Shown in pieces: positions 1-9,433 of a DNA stretch of 64,000 bases. Made by a program: the position numbers and the translations under genes. Position 1 is the stretch's first letter. Each line of letters begins with the position of its first letter. This DNA is from Deltaproteobacteria bacterium. Its GTDB lineage: Bacteria > Bacillota > Clostridia > Acetivibrionales > UBA4821. The stretch is taken from positions 29,543-93,542 of the forward strand of contig JBLMYQ010000002.1 in NCBI GenBank assembly GCA_050258375.1, written 5' to 3'. The notes under the pieces were generated by a model. The model was not told where the DNA came from, did not search any database, and worked only from the letters and a program-made list of their open reading frames with translations.

Positions 1-1741
1 CCATTATCCCCGGAATCTCTTTGAATTGTCTCCTTACTTCCATTATTACATATTGAGCTGCATTTCCTACTGCTTTTATTGCAGTGGAGCTGAACAGGTA
101 TACTATCATAGCGCCGACAAAAGCACCTATGAAAACCTCAGGCTTTCCAATATCAACAGGGAAGGTACTGCCAATTATTCCGTAACTCTTAATCAGGCTA
201 GCATCTCCTGTCTCAGTAACCTTTTTAACAACCTCTTCAATGTATGCTGAGAAAAGAAGGAATGTTGCCAGCGCAGCACTACCTATTGCGTATCCCTTTG
301 TTAGGGCTTTTGTAGTATTTCCGCAAGCATCAAGCCTATCTGTTCTTTTTCTTACTTCTTCAGGTGCATCTGACATCTCTACTATTCCACCTGCATTATC
401 TGTAATCGGACCAAAGGTATCCATTGCAAGAATATATGCACATGTCGCAAGCATACCCATCGTTGCAACAGCTGTTCCATAAAGTCCGCCATTTGCCAGT
501 CCAGTCATTGCACCAAGCTTATATGCTGCCATGATTGCTCCTGATATGAAAACAACCGGAAGAGCAGTACTTTCCATACCAACAGAAATTCCCATTATAA
601 TATTGGTTGCAGGTCCTGTCTCCGAAGCTTTTGCAATACTTTTTACAGGTCTGAAATCATAAGAAGTATAGTATTGGGTTATGAAAACAAATGCAAAGCT
701 TAAAAGAAGACCAATTATTACACAGCCATAAAAATTCAGATAATAATAGGTTCCTGAAAGTCCACCCAGCATAAGATATGTGACAGGCAGCAAAAAGATT
801 GCTGCTAATATTGTAGTAACCAAATAACCTCTGTTGAGAGCACGCATAGGGTCTTCATTCTCCCTTGCCTTTATGAAGAACATGCCAATAACTGAGGCTA
901 TAATTCCAGCTGCACGGGCAACAAGTGGGAACAATATCCCATATATTCCAAACACAGGGAATAATGCTATCCCAAGTATCATGGCACCTATATTCTCAGC
1001 TGCTGTAGATTCAAACAAGTCCGCTCCACGGCCTGCACAGTCACCCACATTATCTCCTACCAAGTCAGCGATAACAGCAGGATTTCTTGGATCATCCTCA
1101 GGAATCCCAGCTTCAACCTTACCAACAAGGTCTGCACCTACATCTGCGGCCTTAGTATATATTCCGCCGCCAAGCTGTGCAAACAAGGCCACAAAGCTTG
1201 CCCCAAATCCGAAACCTATTATTAGATGGGGAGCTGTTAAAGCTACTTCCTGATTACTGGAGCCACCTCCGAAAGCATAAAAAAGACCTGCAACTCCGAT
1301 AAGGCTTAGTGTCGTAACTGATAAGCCAGTTACAGCCCCGCCTCTGAAAGAAGTTCCAAGTGCTCTGTCAAGGCTTGTCTGCGCTCCTGCAGCAGCTCTG
1401 ATATTTGAGCTAACCGCAATATACATACCAATGTAACCGGAAACGGCAGAGCATATTGCTCCTGTAATGAAAGCAATAGGCGTATGAGGATCCATGGTAG
1501 CAAGCCATAATAATCCTGCTACTATTATTGATAATACTCCTATGGTTTCATACTGCCTGTGTAAGAATGCCATCGCACCTTCCTTGATGGCTGAACTGAT
1601 ATCCTGCATTTTTTGTGAACCCTTGTCCTGCTTAAAAACATAATAAACAAAATACGCAACCATTACCAGGGCTATAAAAACAGCTGCCCAAATAAGAAGA
1701 ACTATGTTGTTTGCAAACCAATTTACAGTATTGTTACTCAT
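1..1741 (-). CDS. hppA: K+-stimulated/H+-translocating membrane pyrophosphatase, 5' portion (3' end beyond window)
   Basis: Reverse-complement translation from ATG at 1741 (RBS GGAGGGTGG upstream) gives MSNNTVNWFANN... with the H+-PPase hallmark GGGIYTKAADVGADLVGKVEAGIPEDDPRNPAVIADLVGDNVGDCAGRGADLFES; + strand ORFs here are low-complexity antisense artefacts. Confidence 0.85.
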   Translation of the reverse strand, partial: MSNNTVNWFANNIVLLIWAAVFIALVMVAYFVYYVFKQDKGSQKMQDISSAIKEGAMAFLHRQYETIGVLSIIVAGLLWLATMDPHTPIAFITGAICSAVSGYIGMYIAVSSNIRAAAGAQTSLDRALGTSFRGGAVTGLSVTTLSLIGVAGLFYAFGGGSSNQEVALTAPHLIIGFGFGASFVALFAQLGGGIYTKAADVGADLVGKVEAGIPEDDPRNPAVIADLVGDNVGDCAGRGADLFESTAAENIGAMILGIALFPVFGIYGILFPLVARAAGIIASVIGMFFIKARENEDPMRALNRGYLVTTILAAIFLLPVTYLMLGGLSGTYYYLNFYGCVIIGLLLSFAFVFITQYYTSYDFRPVKSIAKASETGPATNIIMGISVGMESTALPVVFISGAIMAAYKLGAMTGLANGGLYGTAVATMGMLATCAYILAMDTFGPITDNAGGIVEMSDAPEEVRKRTDRLDACGNTTKALTKGYAIGSAALATFLLFSAYIEEVVKKVTETGDASLIKSYGIIGSTFPVDIGKPEVFIGAFVGAMIVYLFSSTAIKAVGNAAQYVIMEVRRQFKEIPGIM

Positions 1742-1893
1742 AACCACCCTCCTTTATCTTATGAAAATAAACTGACCTATTAAATAGAAAAATATAGCTG
1801 GAAAATATTGCTACGAATTTAGCTGAATAGTTAATATTGCCAAATATATTTTACACTTGTTTCTTTAAACCTTCAAGGTGATTGTTTTATAAA

Positions 1894-3072
1894 TTATTTA
1901 CGGATAACAAATTTATAAAATATTTTTAAAGTTATTTCATAAATAATTTTTAAGAAACTATTTAGTTGTGGAATCTTTTTTATAAATCCTAGTCTTGCCT
2001 TAATTAGTGAAATAAATTTATTATAAACAGAAATTTTTAATACTATATTTTTTACTGAGTTAATATCATAAGTACTATAATCATTTGGTCTTATAAATTT
2101 AATTCCTTTATTTCGCAAGTATTTAGCAAGTATAACTATATCCTTTGTCTTTATCAAATCTTTTAATATAAATTCCTCTGTATTCTCATAGATTTCTTTT
2201 AAATAATCATCTCTGATTATGCCCTTATGATATACCGCATGATAAAGCAAAGCAATTACATAGTGACATTTTTGCGGTATATAAAAACCATTTTCATTTT
2301 TGCATCTGCCTCTTAATAATTCATTTGATAGCTTTTTAGGAAAATAATTATCTTTTTCAGTTCTAACATCAATATATATAAAGTTAATACTGCCATTATC
2401 ATCTATAATGTTCATTGTATATTGAACCCTGTTGTTATCTTCAGGGTGCATCTTTTCTAGCTTTAACAGGCTAATAAGCTTTTGTTTATCTTTTTCTCTA
2501 ATCAAAATATCCAAATCACTATGCTCGCCAACTTGAATTTTATCTGGCAACCCTTGATAATTTCTTATTACTAAATATTCCAACTCATCAATTTTTTTAA
2601 ACAGTTCGGACAAATGGATTGGAAAATCTTCCAGATGCCTTTTGGCTTCCATAAAAGCTAAATATAAATCTTCAAATTCATTTCTGCTTATTTCAATCCT
2701 TAAATTATCCCAATGAATATGTATGTAAGTTCTGTCACTAAAAAATTCGCTATCCTTTCCTCCTTCATTGCTTGTATGCTTATATAAATTCCTGCATAGC
2801 TCAAACTTTATTTTTCTATCAATATAGTTTGGCATTACCTCTTTTGATAATTCCTCATGATAGCAGCTTTCAGGCTTTCCTAACTCCTGATATCTTTTTT
2901 CACTTTTATTAAAAACGGATAAAACCTTTTCAAATTCTGCTTTATTCATTTCAATTCTCAGCCATCTGTAATGAATATGAAAATTTTCACAGCATTCAGT
3001 AACCAATCTTCTTGGGAATATGCCACGGCTATTTATATTTTTTTCATGCAGGATTTTAATAGTTTCGCCCAT
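1894..3072 (-). CDS. hypothetical protein in polysaccharide locus; N-terminal ~70-aa tandem repeat (HIHYRWLRIEMNKAEFE / HIHWDNLRIEISRNEFE); C-terminal part has a D-x-D motif (GEHSDLDILIREKD) weakly reminiscent of LicD/nucleotidyltransferase-fold transferases
   Basis: 392-aa ORF, RBS AAGGAGA before ATG at 3072, stop/start overlap with wzt; no confident family match by eye. Confidence 0.5.
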   Translation of the reverse strand: MGETIKILHEKNINSRGIFPRRLVTECCENFHIHYRWLRIEMNKAEFEKVLSVFNKSEKRYQELGKPESCYHEELSKEVMPNYIDRKIKFELCRNLYKHTSNEGGKDSEFFSDRTYIHIHWDNLRIEISRNEFEDLYLAFMEAKRHLEDFPIHLSELFKKIDELEYLVIRNYQGLPDKIQVGEHSDLDILIREKDKQKLISLLKLEKMHPEDNNRVQYTMNIIDDNGSINFIYIDVRTEKDNYFPKKLSNELLRGRCKNENGFYIPQKCHYVIALLYHAVYHKGIIRDDYLKEIYENTEEFILKDLIKTKDIVILAKYLRNKGIKFIRPNDYSTYDINSVKNIVLKISVYNKFISLIKARLGFIKKIPQLNSFLKIIYEITLKIFYKFVIRK

Positions 3073-4364
3073 TAGCGGTCTCCTTCTATCTTTTCCAGTA
3101 GTATTTTGGAATCCAGATCAAAAAAGCCTACTATCTTTTTAAAAGCAATTACCTCCAGTATTAATATATGATACAGTCTTTCATAAACAACAAATTTTTC
3201 ACCTTCAAATCCCGAACAGGCAAAAGTAAGCAAATAAATTCCGGAGTTTAAATTTAATTTATGTTTAAAAGTGACTAGCATGATATCACCTTTATCAAAA
3301 TTGCCGGTATAAATATCCTGGAACATGGTATTTGTGCCAGTAACATCTTGTCCTCCTACATCCCGAATTGTATATGTAAAAGTTGGATTTTCTATATAAT
3401 CATTGAAAACAACTTTCATTCTAAAGGTATAATAACTACCAAAAATCAATTTCTGCGTTGGTTCTCTATTCTCGTCAAACACCCCAAAATCAATAATATT
3501 AGCTTTATTATTACCATATATCTCGCAAACCGAGCTTATTTCAAATGCCTTTGCATCATCCGCATTTTTTAAACTTTGAATCCTTTTATTTTTTTGATTT
3601 TCATATTCTTTTCCTGAATGCACTTTAGTTCCCACAATCAGCTTTTTATATAAATCTACAACTTCTTTAGGCAATCCCTGCATAATAATATTTCCTTCTT
3701 TAAACAATATGGCTGATTGACAATATTTTATGACTGCTTCAATATCATGCGTAACAAAAATTATTGTTTTTCCTTCCTGCTGCAAGCTTCTGAATTTAGC
3801 AAAGCATTTTGCCTGGAAGCCTATATCACCCACGCTTAAAGCTTCATCAACAATTAATATATCCGGATTAACACTTATCGCAACTGCGAAAGCTAACCTT
3901 GCAAACATACCACTTGAATACATTTTTACACGTTGGTAAATAAAATCGCCTATATCAGCAAAATCAATTATATCCTGCATCTTTGCGTCCATTTCTTCTT
4001 TGCTGTACCCCATCAGCGTCCCATTCAAATATATATTTTCTATTCCTGTATATTCAGGATTAAAGCCTGCTCCGAGTTCAAGAAGCGCTGACACTTTACC
4101 ATTTACCGTTACCTCCCCGGAAGTTGGTGTAAGTATACCCGTAATTATCTTAAGAAGTGTTGATTTTCCAGAGCCATTTTTGCCTATAATACCAACAGTT
4201 TCACCTTTTTTTACCTCAAAGCTTATACCGTTTAAGGCATAAAATTCTTTATGGTATCTCTTCCTGAATGGATGAAATGATTCTTTTAATCTATCAACCG
4301 GTCTGTCATAAAGCCTATATAGCTTTATCAGGTTTTCAACTTTTATTGCTATTTCTTCATTCAT
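3072..4364 (-). CDS. wzt: polysaccharide/teichoic-acid export ABC transporter ATP-binding protein (Wzt/TagH-like) with ~180-aa C-terminal extension
   Basis: Walker A GKNGSGKST, signature YSSGMFARLAF, Walker B ILIVDEALSVGD; C-terminal extra domain as in O-antigen-binding Wzt; RBS GGAGGGAA. Confidence 0.85.
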   Translation of the reverse strand: MNEEIAIKVENLIKLYRLYDRPVDRLKESFHPFRKRYHKEFYALNGISFEVKKGETVGIIGKNGSGKSTLLKIITGILTPTSGEVTVNGKVSALLELGAGFNPEYTGIENIYLNGTLMGYSKEEMDAKMQDIIDFADIGDFIYQRVKMYSSGMFARLAFAVAISVNPDILIVDEALSVGDIGFQAKCFAKFRSLQQEGKTIIFVTHDIEAVIKYCQSAILFKEGNIIMQGLPKEVVDLYKKLIVGTKVHSGKEYENQKNKRIQSLKNADDAKAFEISSVCEIYGNNKANIIDFGVFDENREPTQKLIFGSYYTFRMKVVFNDYIENPTFTYTIRDVGGQDVTGTNTMFQDIYTGNFDKGDIMLVTFKHKLNLNSGIYLLTFACSGFEGEKFVVYERLYHILILEVIAFKKIVGFFDLDSKILLEKIEGDR

Positions 4365-4379
4365 TTATCTTTCCCTCCG

Positions 4380-5189
4380 TCATATCACGTCTGCAAAATG
4401 AGGCTTGAGCCTTCTGAAAAGCAGTGCCCCAACAATTAAAACAATTAAGGTTTCAACCCAGAAGTATATAGAGAGATTCGGATATTCCCAAAAGCCTATT
4501 TCATATATGAAGCAATTCCTATAGCCTTCTACAATATAATAGAATGGATTGAGCTTAAAGATTAGCTGATAATTTTCCGGAACGGTTTTAAATGACCAGA
4601 ATATCGGCGTAAGCCAAAAACCAAACTGCAAAAAAATCCCTACTATTTGCCCCAAATCTCTAAGAAATACAATTAATGAAGATGTAATCCATGATAGCCC
4701 TAAAAGAAGGATTATGGTTGCAAACAAGTAATAAATTATCTGCAAATTATACCAACTAGGCAAATAACCATAAATGCCAAACATTACAAATATTAATGCT
4801 ATAAAGAAAAGATGTATAAAGAGTGCTGATATTATCTTTATTATTGGTAAAACGCTTACCCTGAAAACAATTTTCTTAACCAGGTAGCTGTTATCAAGCA
4901 CTGAATTTGTAGCATTCATCAGTGCCTCCGAAAAGAAAAACCACGGAATAATACCGCAAATAAGCCAAAGGATAAACGGGATATCTCCTATAGGTGCAGA
5001 TTTAAATCCAACTTGAAAAACAAACCAAAAAATAAGTATAGAAATAATCGGTTGAACAAAAGCCCATATTATTCCTAGATAGGACCCTAGATATTTGACC
5101 TGTAAATCATTTTTTGCCAAATCAAATATTAGATTTCTGCTAGCTGCTATATCTCTTAGAAAATCTATAAAAAGCCTTGCATATCTCAT
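4380..5189 (-). CDS. wzm: ABC-2 type polysaccharide export permease (Wzm/TagG-like)
   Basis: 269 aa, 6 predicted TM helices, adjacent to wzt. Confidence 0.8.
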   Translation of the reverse strand: MRYARLFIDFLRDIAASRNLIFDLAKNDLQVKYLGSYLGIIWAFVQPIISILIFWFVFQVGFKSAPIGDIPFILWLICGIIPWFFFSEALMNATNSVLDNSYLVKKIVFRVSVLPIIKIISALFIHLFFIALIFVMFGIYGYLPSWYNLQIIYYLFATIILLLGLSWITSSLIVFLRDLGQIVGIFLQFGFWLTPIFWSFKTVPENYQLIFKLNPFYYIVEGYRNCFIYEIGFWEYPNLSIYFWVETLIVLIVGALLFRRLKPHFADVI

Positions 5190-5219
5190 TTTAATTCTTT
5201 CTCCTGTAAAATAAGATTA

Positions 5220-5783
5220 TTAGAAGGGAGAATCCAAATCCTTAAGAATCGGCCAGGTTTTATCCTTCTCAGATAAAATTACATTACATATGTCATTTTC
5301 TTTAATTGGCCATTTAATACAAATATCCGGATCGTTCCATAAGAGCCCTCCTTCATCGTTGGGAAACCAATAATCATCAACCTTGTAAATAAGCTCCGTT
5401 TCATCCTCCAATACTAGAAGTCCATGTGCAAATCCTTTTGGAATAAATAATTGTTTTTTATTTTCTGCAGTAAGCGTTATCCCGAAGCTTCTGCCGTATG
5501 TTTCAGAATTTTTCCTCAAATCCACTGTAACATCATAAATTCTTCCGCTGACAACCCTAATAAGCTTTGCCTGACTATGCTCTTTCTGAAAATGTAATCC
5601 TCTGAGTACCCCTTTTGCTGATTTGGAGTAATTATCCTGAACAAACTCAGCATTAATTCCTTGTTCTATAAAATTCTTACGGGTATATGTTTCCATGAAG
5701 ATTCCTCTGTCATCTCTGTAAACCACTGGCTCTATCACAACCAAATCAGGTATTTCTGTTTTTGTGATTATATATTTCCCCAT
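5220..5783 (-). CDS. rmlC: dTDP-4-dehydrorhamnose 3,5-epimerase
   Basis: RmlC cupin motifs (RGLHFQ..., YDVTVDLRKNS.TYG); ORF-track start is TTG inside RBS AAAGGAAGG, true ATG at 5783 (MGKYIIT). Confidence 0.85.
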   Translation of the reverse strand: MGKYIITKTEIPDLVVIEPVVYRDDRGIFMETYTRKNFIEQGINAEFVQDNYSKSAKGVLRGLHFQKEHSQAKLIRVVSGRIYDVTVDLRKNSETYGRSFGITLTAENKKQLFIPKGFAHGLLVLEDETELIYKVDDYWFPNDEGGLLWNDPDICIKWPIKENDICNVILSEKDKTWPILKDLDSPF

Positions 5784-5806
5784 CTTATCTATCCTTCCTT
5801 TCAAAA

Positions 5807-6673
5807 TTACAGTATATGTTTCAGATACTCAGCAAGTGCTTCATCCCACCCCGGCATTATATTAATATTTTGGAGCTTTAGCATTTTATTTTCCAAAGCT
5901 GAAAAGCTTGGTCTTTTTGCTTCTGTTCTATACTCATTACTAGAAATCGGAATAACATTGATATTTATTCCTGCTTGTTTAAATATTTCCAGAGCATAAT
6001 AGTACCAGCTTGTCATTCCTTCACAGGTCGCATGATATGTCCCAAAATAAGGATAATTTATTAGCTCAAGAATTTGATATGCCAAATAATAAGTATTTGT
6101 CGGCGTTCCAATTTGGTCATTTATTACCTTCAGTTCATGCCTTTGTTTTGAGAGATTCAGCATTGTTTTTACAAAGTTTCCACCCTTTGCTTTACTTCCT
6201 CCATATCCAAAAAGCCACGCTGTTCTGATAATATAATATTTGTTTGTCACTGTAGTAAGAACCCGTTCTCCTTGTAGCTTACTCATTCCATAAATGTTTA
6301 TAGGATTAGGCGTATCGAACTCACTATAGCCTACAGTCTTATTTTCTTTTTTACCGTCAAAAATATAATCTGTCGATATATGTACTATTGATGAATTTAG
6401 CTCATTTGAAATTACACCAATATTTCTTACCCCCAATGTATTAACTGAATAAGCCTTATCCGGCTCCTTCTCACAGTCATCAACCTTATGAAAAGCAGCG
6501 GTATTAATTATTACTTCTGGCATAATCTCTTTCAGGACCTTATAAGATATATTAAAATTAGTAACATCCAAATCTGCATGCGTAAGAGGAATAATCTCAA
6601 AATTAAATTTCAAATTTGCTCTTTCAATATCACTTCCAAGCTGACCTGCTGCACCAATAAGCGCTATTTTCAT
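5807..6673 (-). CDS. rmlD: dTDP-4-dehydrorhamnose reductase
   Basis: MKIALIGAAGQLG Rossmann N-terminus, RmlD-length, adjacent rmlC. Confidence 0.85.
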   Translation of the reverse strand: MKIALIGAAGQLGSDIERANLKFNFEIIPLTHADLDVTNFNISYKVLKEIMPEVIINTAAFHKVDDCEKEPDKAYSVNTLGVRNIGVISNELNSSIVHISTDYIFDGKKENKTVGYSEFDTPNPINIYGMSKLQGERVLTTVTNKYYIIRTAWLFGYGGSKAKGGNFVKTMLNLSKQRHELKVINDQIGTPTNTYYLAYQILELINYPYFGTYHATCEGMTSWYYYALEIFKQAGININVIPISSNEYRTEAKRPSFSALENKMLKLQNINIMPGWDEALAEYLKHIL

Positions 6674-6738
6674 AAATATCTAATCCTTCCATTATCTCTT
6701 AAATTCTTGCTTTCACTTACCTGTTCAAGCCTGCGGAA

Positions 6739-7761
6739 CTATAAAATCTCACCATTATTACCAACAACCGATTTAATATGTTGATTCCAATCCAGAAGGG
6801 TCTTATACCAGTTTACAGTTTTTGTTTTTGGATCATCCCATCTGATGGTACCCTTCTCCATCTCATTCCAAATTTCTATTGCCCCAGCTTCAAAGTCATA
6901 TTCTGTTGTATATCCTAAAACCATATTGATTTTATCAAAGCTCACTCTATAAGAACGCATATCAGGCTCTCCATACCATTCATATTCAAATGGTTTATTA
7001 AGTCCCTTGGCTACTTTCTTTGCAAGTTCAAGAATCTGTATATTCAAATCATTTGCACCCACATTGAATATCTGACCGTTAACCTTTTCTTTATTACTTT
7101 CCATAACCATAGTAAAGGCTTTCGAAGTATCCTTAACATGAACAAATGGTCTCCATTGGCTTCCATCCCTTAGAACCTTAAAACGACCAAGCTTATAATA
7201 TGCTCCAACCATTCCGTTTACTGCAATATCAAATCTCATTCTATATGAAAAGCCATAAACAGTTGCCTGTCTTAAAACTGATACTGTATAATTTTCATCA
7301 GCTAAAGAAAGTACCGCTTTTTCGGCAAGGTAATTTGCTTCTGCATAAGTAGTAAGAGGATTAACCGCAGATTGCTCATCCAATATCCCATCCTGAAACC
7401 CATAAACACTGCATGAGCTTGCAAGGATATATTTTTTAACCCCTGCAAGCTTTGCCAACTGAGCTATCCTTGCCCTTCCAAGATAATTTATATCTATAGT
7501 CTTCTGAGGATCAATCTCGCCAGCAGGGTCATTTGATATTGCTGCCAAATCCATTACCGTATCAACATTATCAAATATCCCCTTACCAACATTCCTTATA
7601 TCTCCTCTAATTAATTCAGCTTTGTTTTTTATATTCTCAAGACTATGATCTGTAAAATAAAATCTATCCAAAACCCTTACTTGATAACCATTATCTATAA
7701 GCATTCTTACAAGTATAGAACCAATATATCCGGCGCCGCCTGTAACCAATACTTTTCCCAT
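6739..7761 (-). CDS. NAD-dependent epimerase/dehydratase family protein (extended SDR)
   Basis: VLVTGGAGYIGS glycine motif, YxxxK (YLAEK); specific substrate (GDP- or dTDP-sugar) not determinable. Confidence 0.75.
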   Translation of the reverse strand: MGKVLVTGGAGYIGSILVRMLIDNGYQVRVLDRFYFTDHSLENIKNKAELIRGDIRNVGKGIFDNVDTVMDLAAISNDPAGEIDPQKTIDINYLGRARIAQLAKLAGVKKYILASSCSVYGFQDGILDEQSAVNPLTTYAEANYLAEKAVLSLADENYTVSVLRQATVYGFSYRMRFDIAVNGMVGAYYKLGRFKVLRDGSQWRPFVHVKDTSKAFTMVMESNKEKVNGQIFNVGANDLNIQILELAKKVAKGLNKPFEYEWYGEPDMRSYRVSFDKINMVLGYTTEYDFEAGAIEIWNEMEKGTIRWDDPKTKTVNWYKTLLDWNQHIKSVVGNNGEIL

Positions 7762-7902
7762 AAAATCCTCCAGATTCTTCTTAACACTAAATCTTATTCT
7801 TTATTGTTTATACTTATTATCTGGCAAAAGATTTTATTCCCTAAATATATTCAAGTAAAATGCTTATTCACTGCATGTTTAGGACATTTAAAATACGTTG
7901 GG

Positions 7903-7937
7903 GAAAAAATAAAAGGTTACTGTTAAAGTAACCTTCA
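7903..7937 (-). terminator. hairpin (AAGGTTAC-loop-GTAACCTT) followed by T-run after manC
   Basis: 8-bp perfect stem plus TTATTTTTT on minus strand. Confidence 0.45.
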
Positions 7938-7957
7938 GGCTATTGACAAACTGACCA

Positions 7958-9355
7958 TTAATCAGTGTAACCTTCTTCTATATTATCGGTTTCGAACCTT
8001 ATAACGTCATCCTCTTCAAGATATAGTCCATTTTGAACCTCTATAATCTCCAAATCAACCTTCCCGGGATTTTCAAGCATATGCCTTACTGCCTTGGGTA
8101 TAAATATGCTTTCATTCTCACTAATAAATCTTTCTTTTTCGCCCATGATTATCTTTGCAGTTCCCTTAGTAACTATCCAATGCTCACTTCTATGGTAATG
8201 CAGCTGCATGAGGATTTTCTGTCCCGGGTAAAGCGTTATCTTTTTTACTTTATATCCTGCACCTCCTGCAATGACTCTATGATTACCCCAATGTTTATAT
8301 GAAGTTGTATGTTCAACAGCCTCTTTTCTTTCCGATATTTTAAGTCTTTCTACAACCTCTTTGACCTTTTGCGATTCACCTTTTTTTGATACAAGGATGA
8401 CATCATCAGTTTCCACAACAATCATATCCTCAAGCCCTATCCCTACAACCAGTCTATCCGCTCCTATTATCAGGGAATCAGAACAATCTATGGTCATACA
8501 GTCTCCATTTTTAACATTCTTATTTTCATCTTTTTGCATCGCATCATAAATAGCATCCCATGAACCTATATCATTCCAATATGAACTAATAGGTATGGTT
8601 ACAACTCTTCTGGACTTTTCGGCAATTGCATAATCGATAGATATCGAGGGCATATCCTCAAATTTCTGAACAATCTCTTGATAAGAATTTTCCATAAACA
8701 GGTCATATATTTCTGGTTGATATAAGGCTAGTTCCTCTAAAAATGTATTAATAGAAAAGGCATACATACCTGAATTCCAATAATAATTCCCGCTTGTTAC
8801 ATATTGTTCAGCCCTCACCAAATCCGGCTTTTCAACAAATTCATCAACATTGTGCCCATATTCCCATGGAAGCCCTACCTTTATGTAGCCATACCCTGTT
8901 TCAGGCTTATTGGGTCTGACTCCTATTGTTACGATTTTATTTTTTTCAGTGCCTTTAATTACTGTTCTTACATCATTTACGAACAGATTCTTGGGCATAA
9001 TAATATGATCAGATGGAGAAATAAAAAGTATTTCGTTTGTGTCTCCGGCCAGGTTATCAAGAATATACTTTGCTGCAAGAACTATTGCAGGCGTGGTATT
9101 TTTCGCAAAAGGCTCAAGAAGGACGTGGGCATTTTCTATATTACATTCTTTTATTTCAGCCTTAACATGATAATAGTACTCTTTATTTGTTACAACAATA
9201 ATATCCTTGGGTTCTACAATATCAAGATATCTATTAAAGGTTTGCCCTAAAAGGGTTTTATCTGAACCTATTTTTAAGAATTGCTTCGGGAAACTTGTTC
9301 GTGATAAAGGAAACAGCCTGCTCCCTCCACCACCTGCAAGTATGATTACTTTCAT
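7958..9355 (-). CDS. manC: mannose-1-phosphate guanylyltransferase / mannose-6-phosphate isomerase (type II PMI, bifunctional)
   Basis: N-terminal ILAGGGGSRLFPLS nucleotidyltransferase motif, C-terminal cupin HYHRSEHWIV; true start ATG 9355 (MKVIILAGG) preceded by GGAGG; the upstream 22 codons of the track ORF are leader. Confidence 0.85.
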   Translation of the reverse strand: MKVIILAGGGGSRLFPLSRTSFPKQFLKIGSDKTLLGQTFNRYLDIVEPKDIIVVTNKEYYYHVKAEIKECNIENAHVLLEPFAKNTTPAIVLAAKYILDNLAGDTNEILFISPSDHIIMPKNLFVNDVRTVIKGTEKNKIVTIGVRPNKPETGYGYIKVGLPWEYGHNVDEFVEKPDLVRAEQYVTSGNYYWNSGMYAFSINTFLEELALYQPEIYDLFMENSYQEIVQKFEDMPSISIDYAIAEKSRRVVTIPISSYWNDIGSWDAIYDAMQKDENKNVKNGDCMTIDCSDSLIIGADRLVVGIGLEDMIVVETDDVILVSKKGESQKVKEVVERLKISERKEAVEHTTSYKHWGNHRVIAGGAGYKVKKITLYPGQKILMQLHYHRSEHWIVTKGTAKIIMGEKERFISENESIFIPKAVRHMLENPGKVDLEIIEVQNGLYLEEDDVIRFETDNIEEGYTD

Positions 9356-9433
9356 GCTTTTGAAACCTCCATTTGGATTGTTAGTAATATTATTCTCCAA
9401 ATCTTCAGATTTTAAAAGCATAGAGGAATAATG

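Noticed and set aside
26-1253. + strand ORFs 26..250, 240..482, 834..1253 (low-complexity S/A/P-rich proteins)
   Set aside because: They lie antisense to a perfectly conserved H+-pyrophosphatase reading frame on the minus strand, so they are artefacts of a GC-skewed membrane-protein gene.
6739-7761. Calling the SDR gene rmlB (dTDP-glucose 4,6-dehydratase)
   Set aside because: It has the generic extended-SDR motifs, but not the RmlB DEVYG / YSASKA context. It is also adjacent to manC, so the substrate is ambiguous. It was kept as an epimerase/dehydratase family protein.
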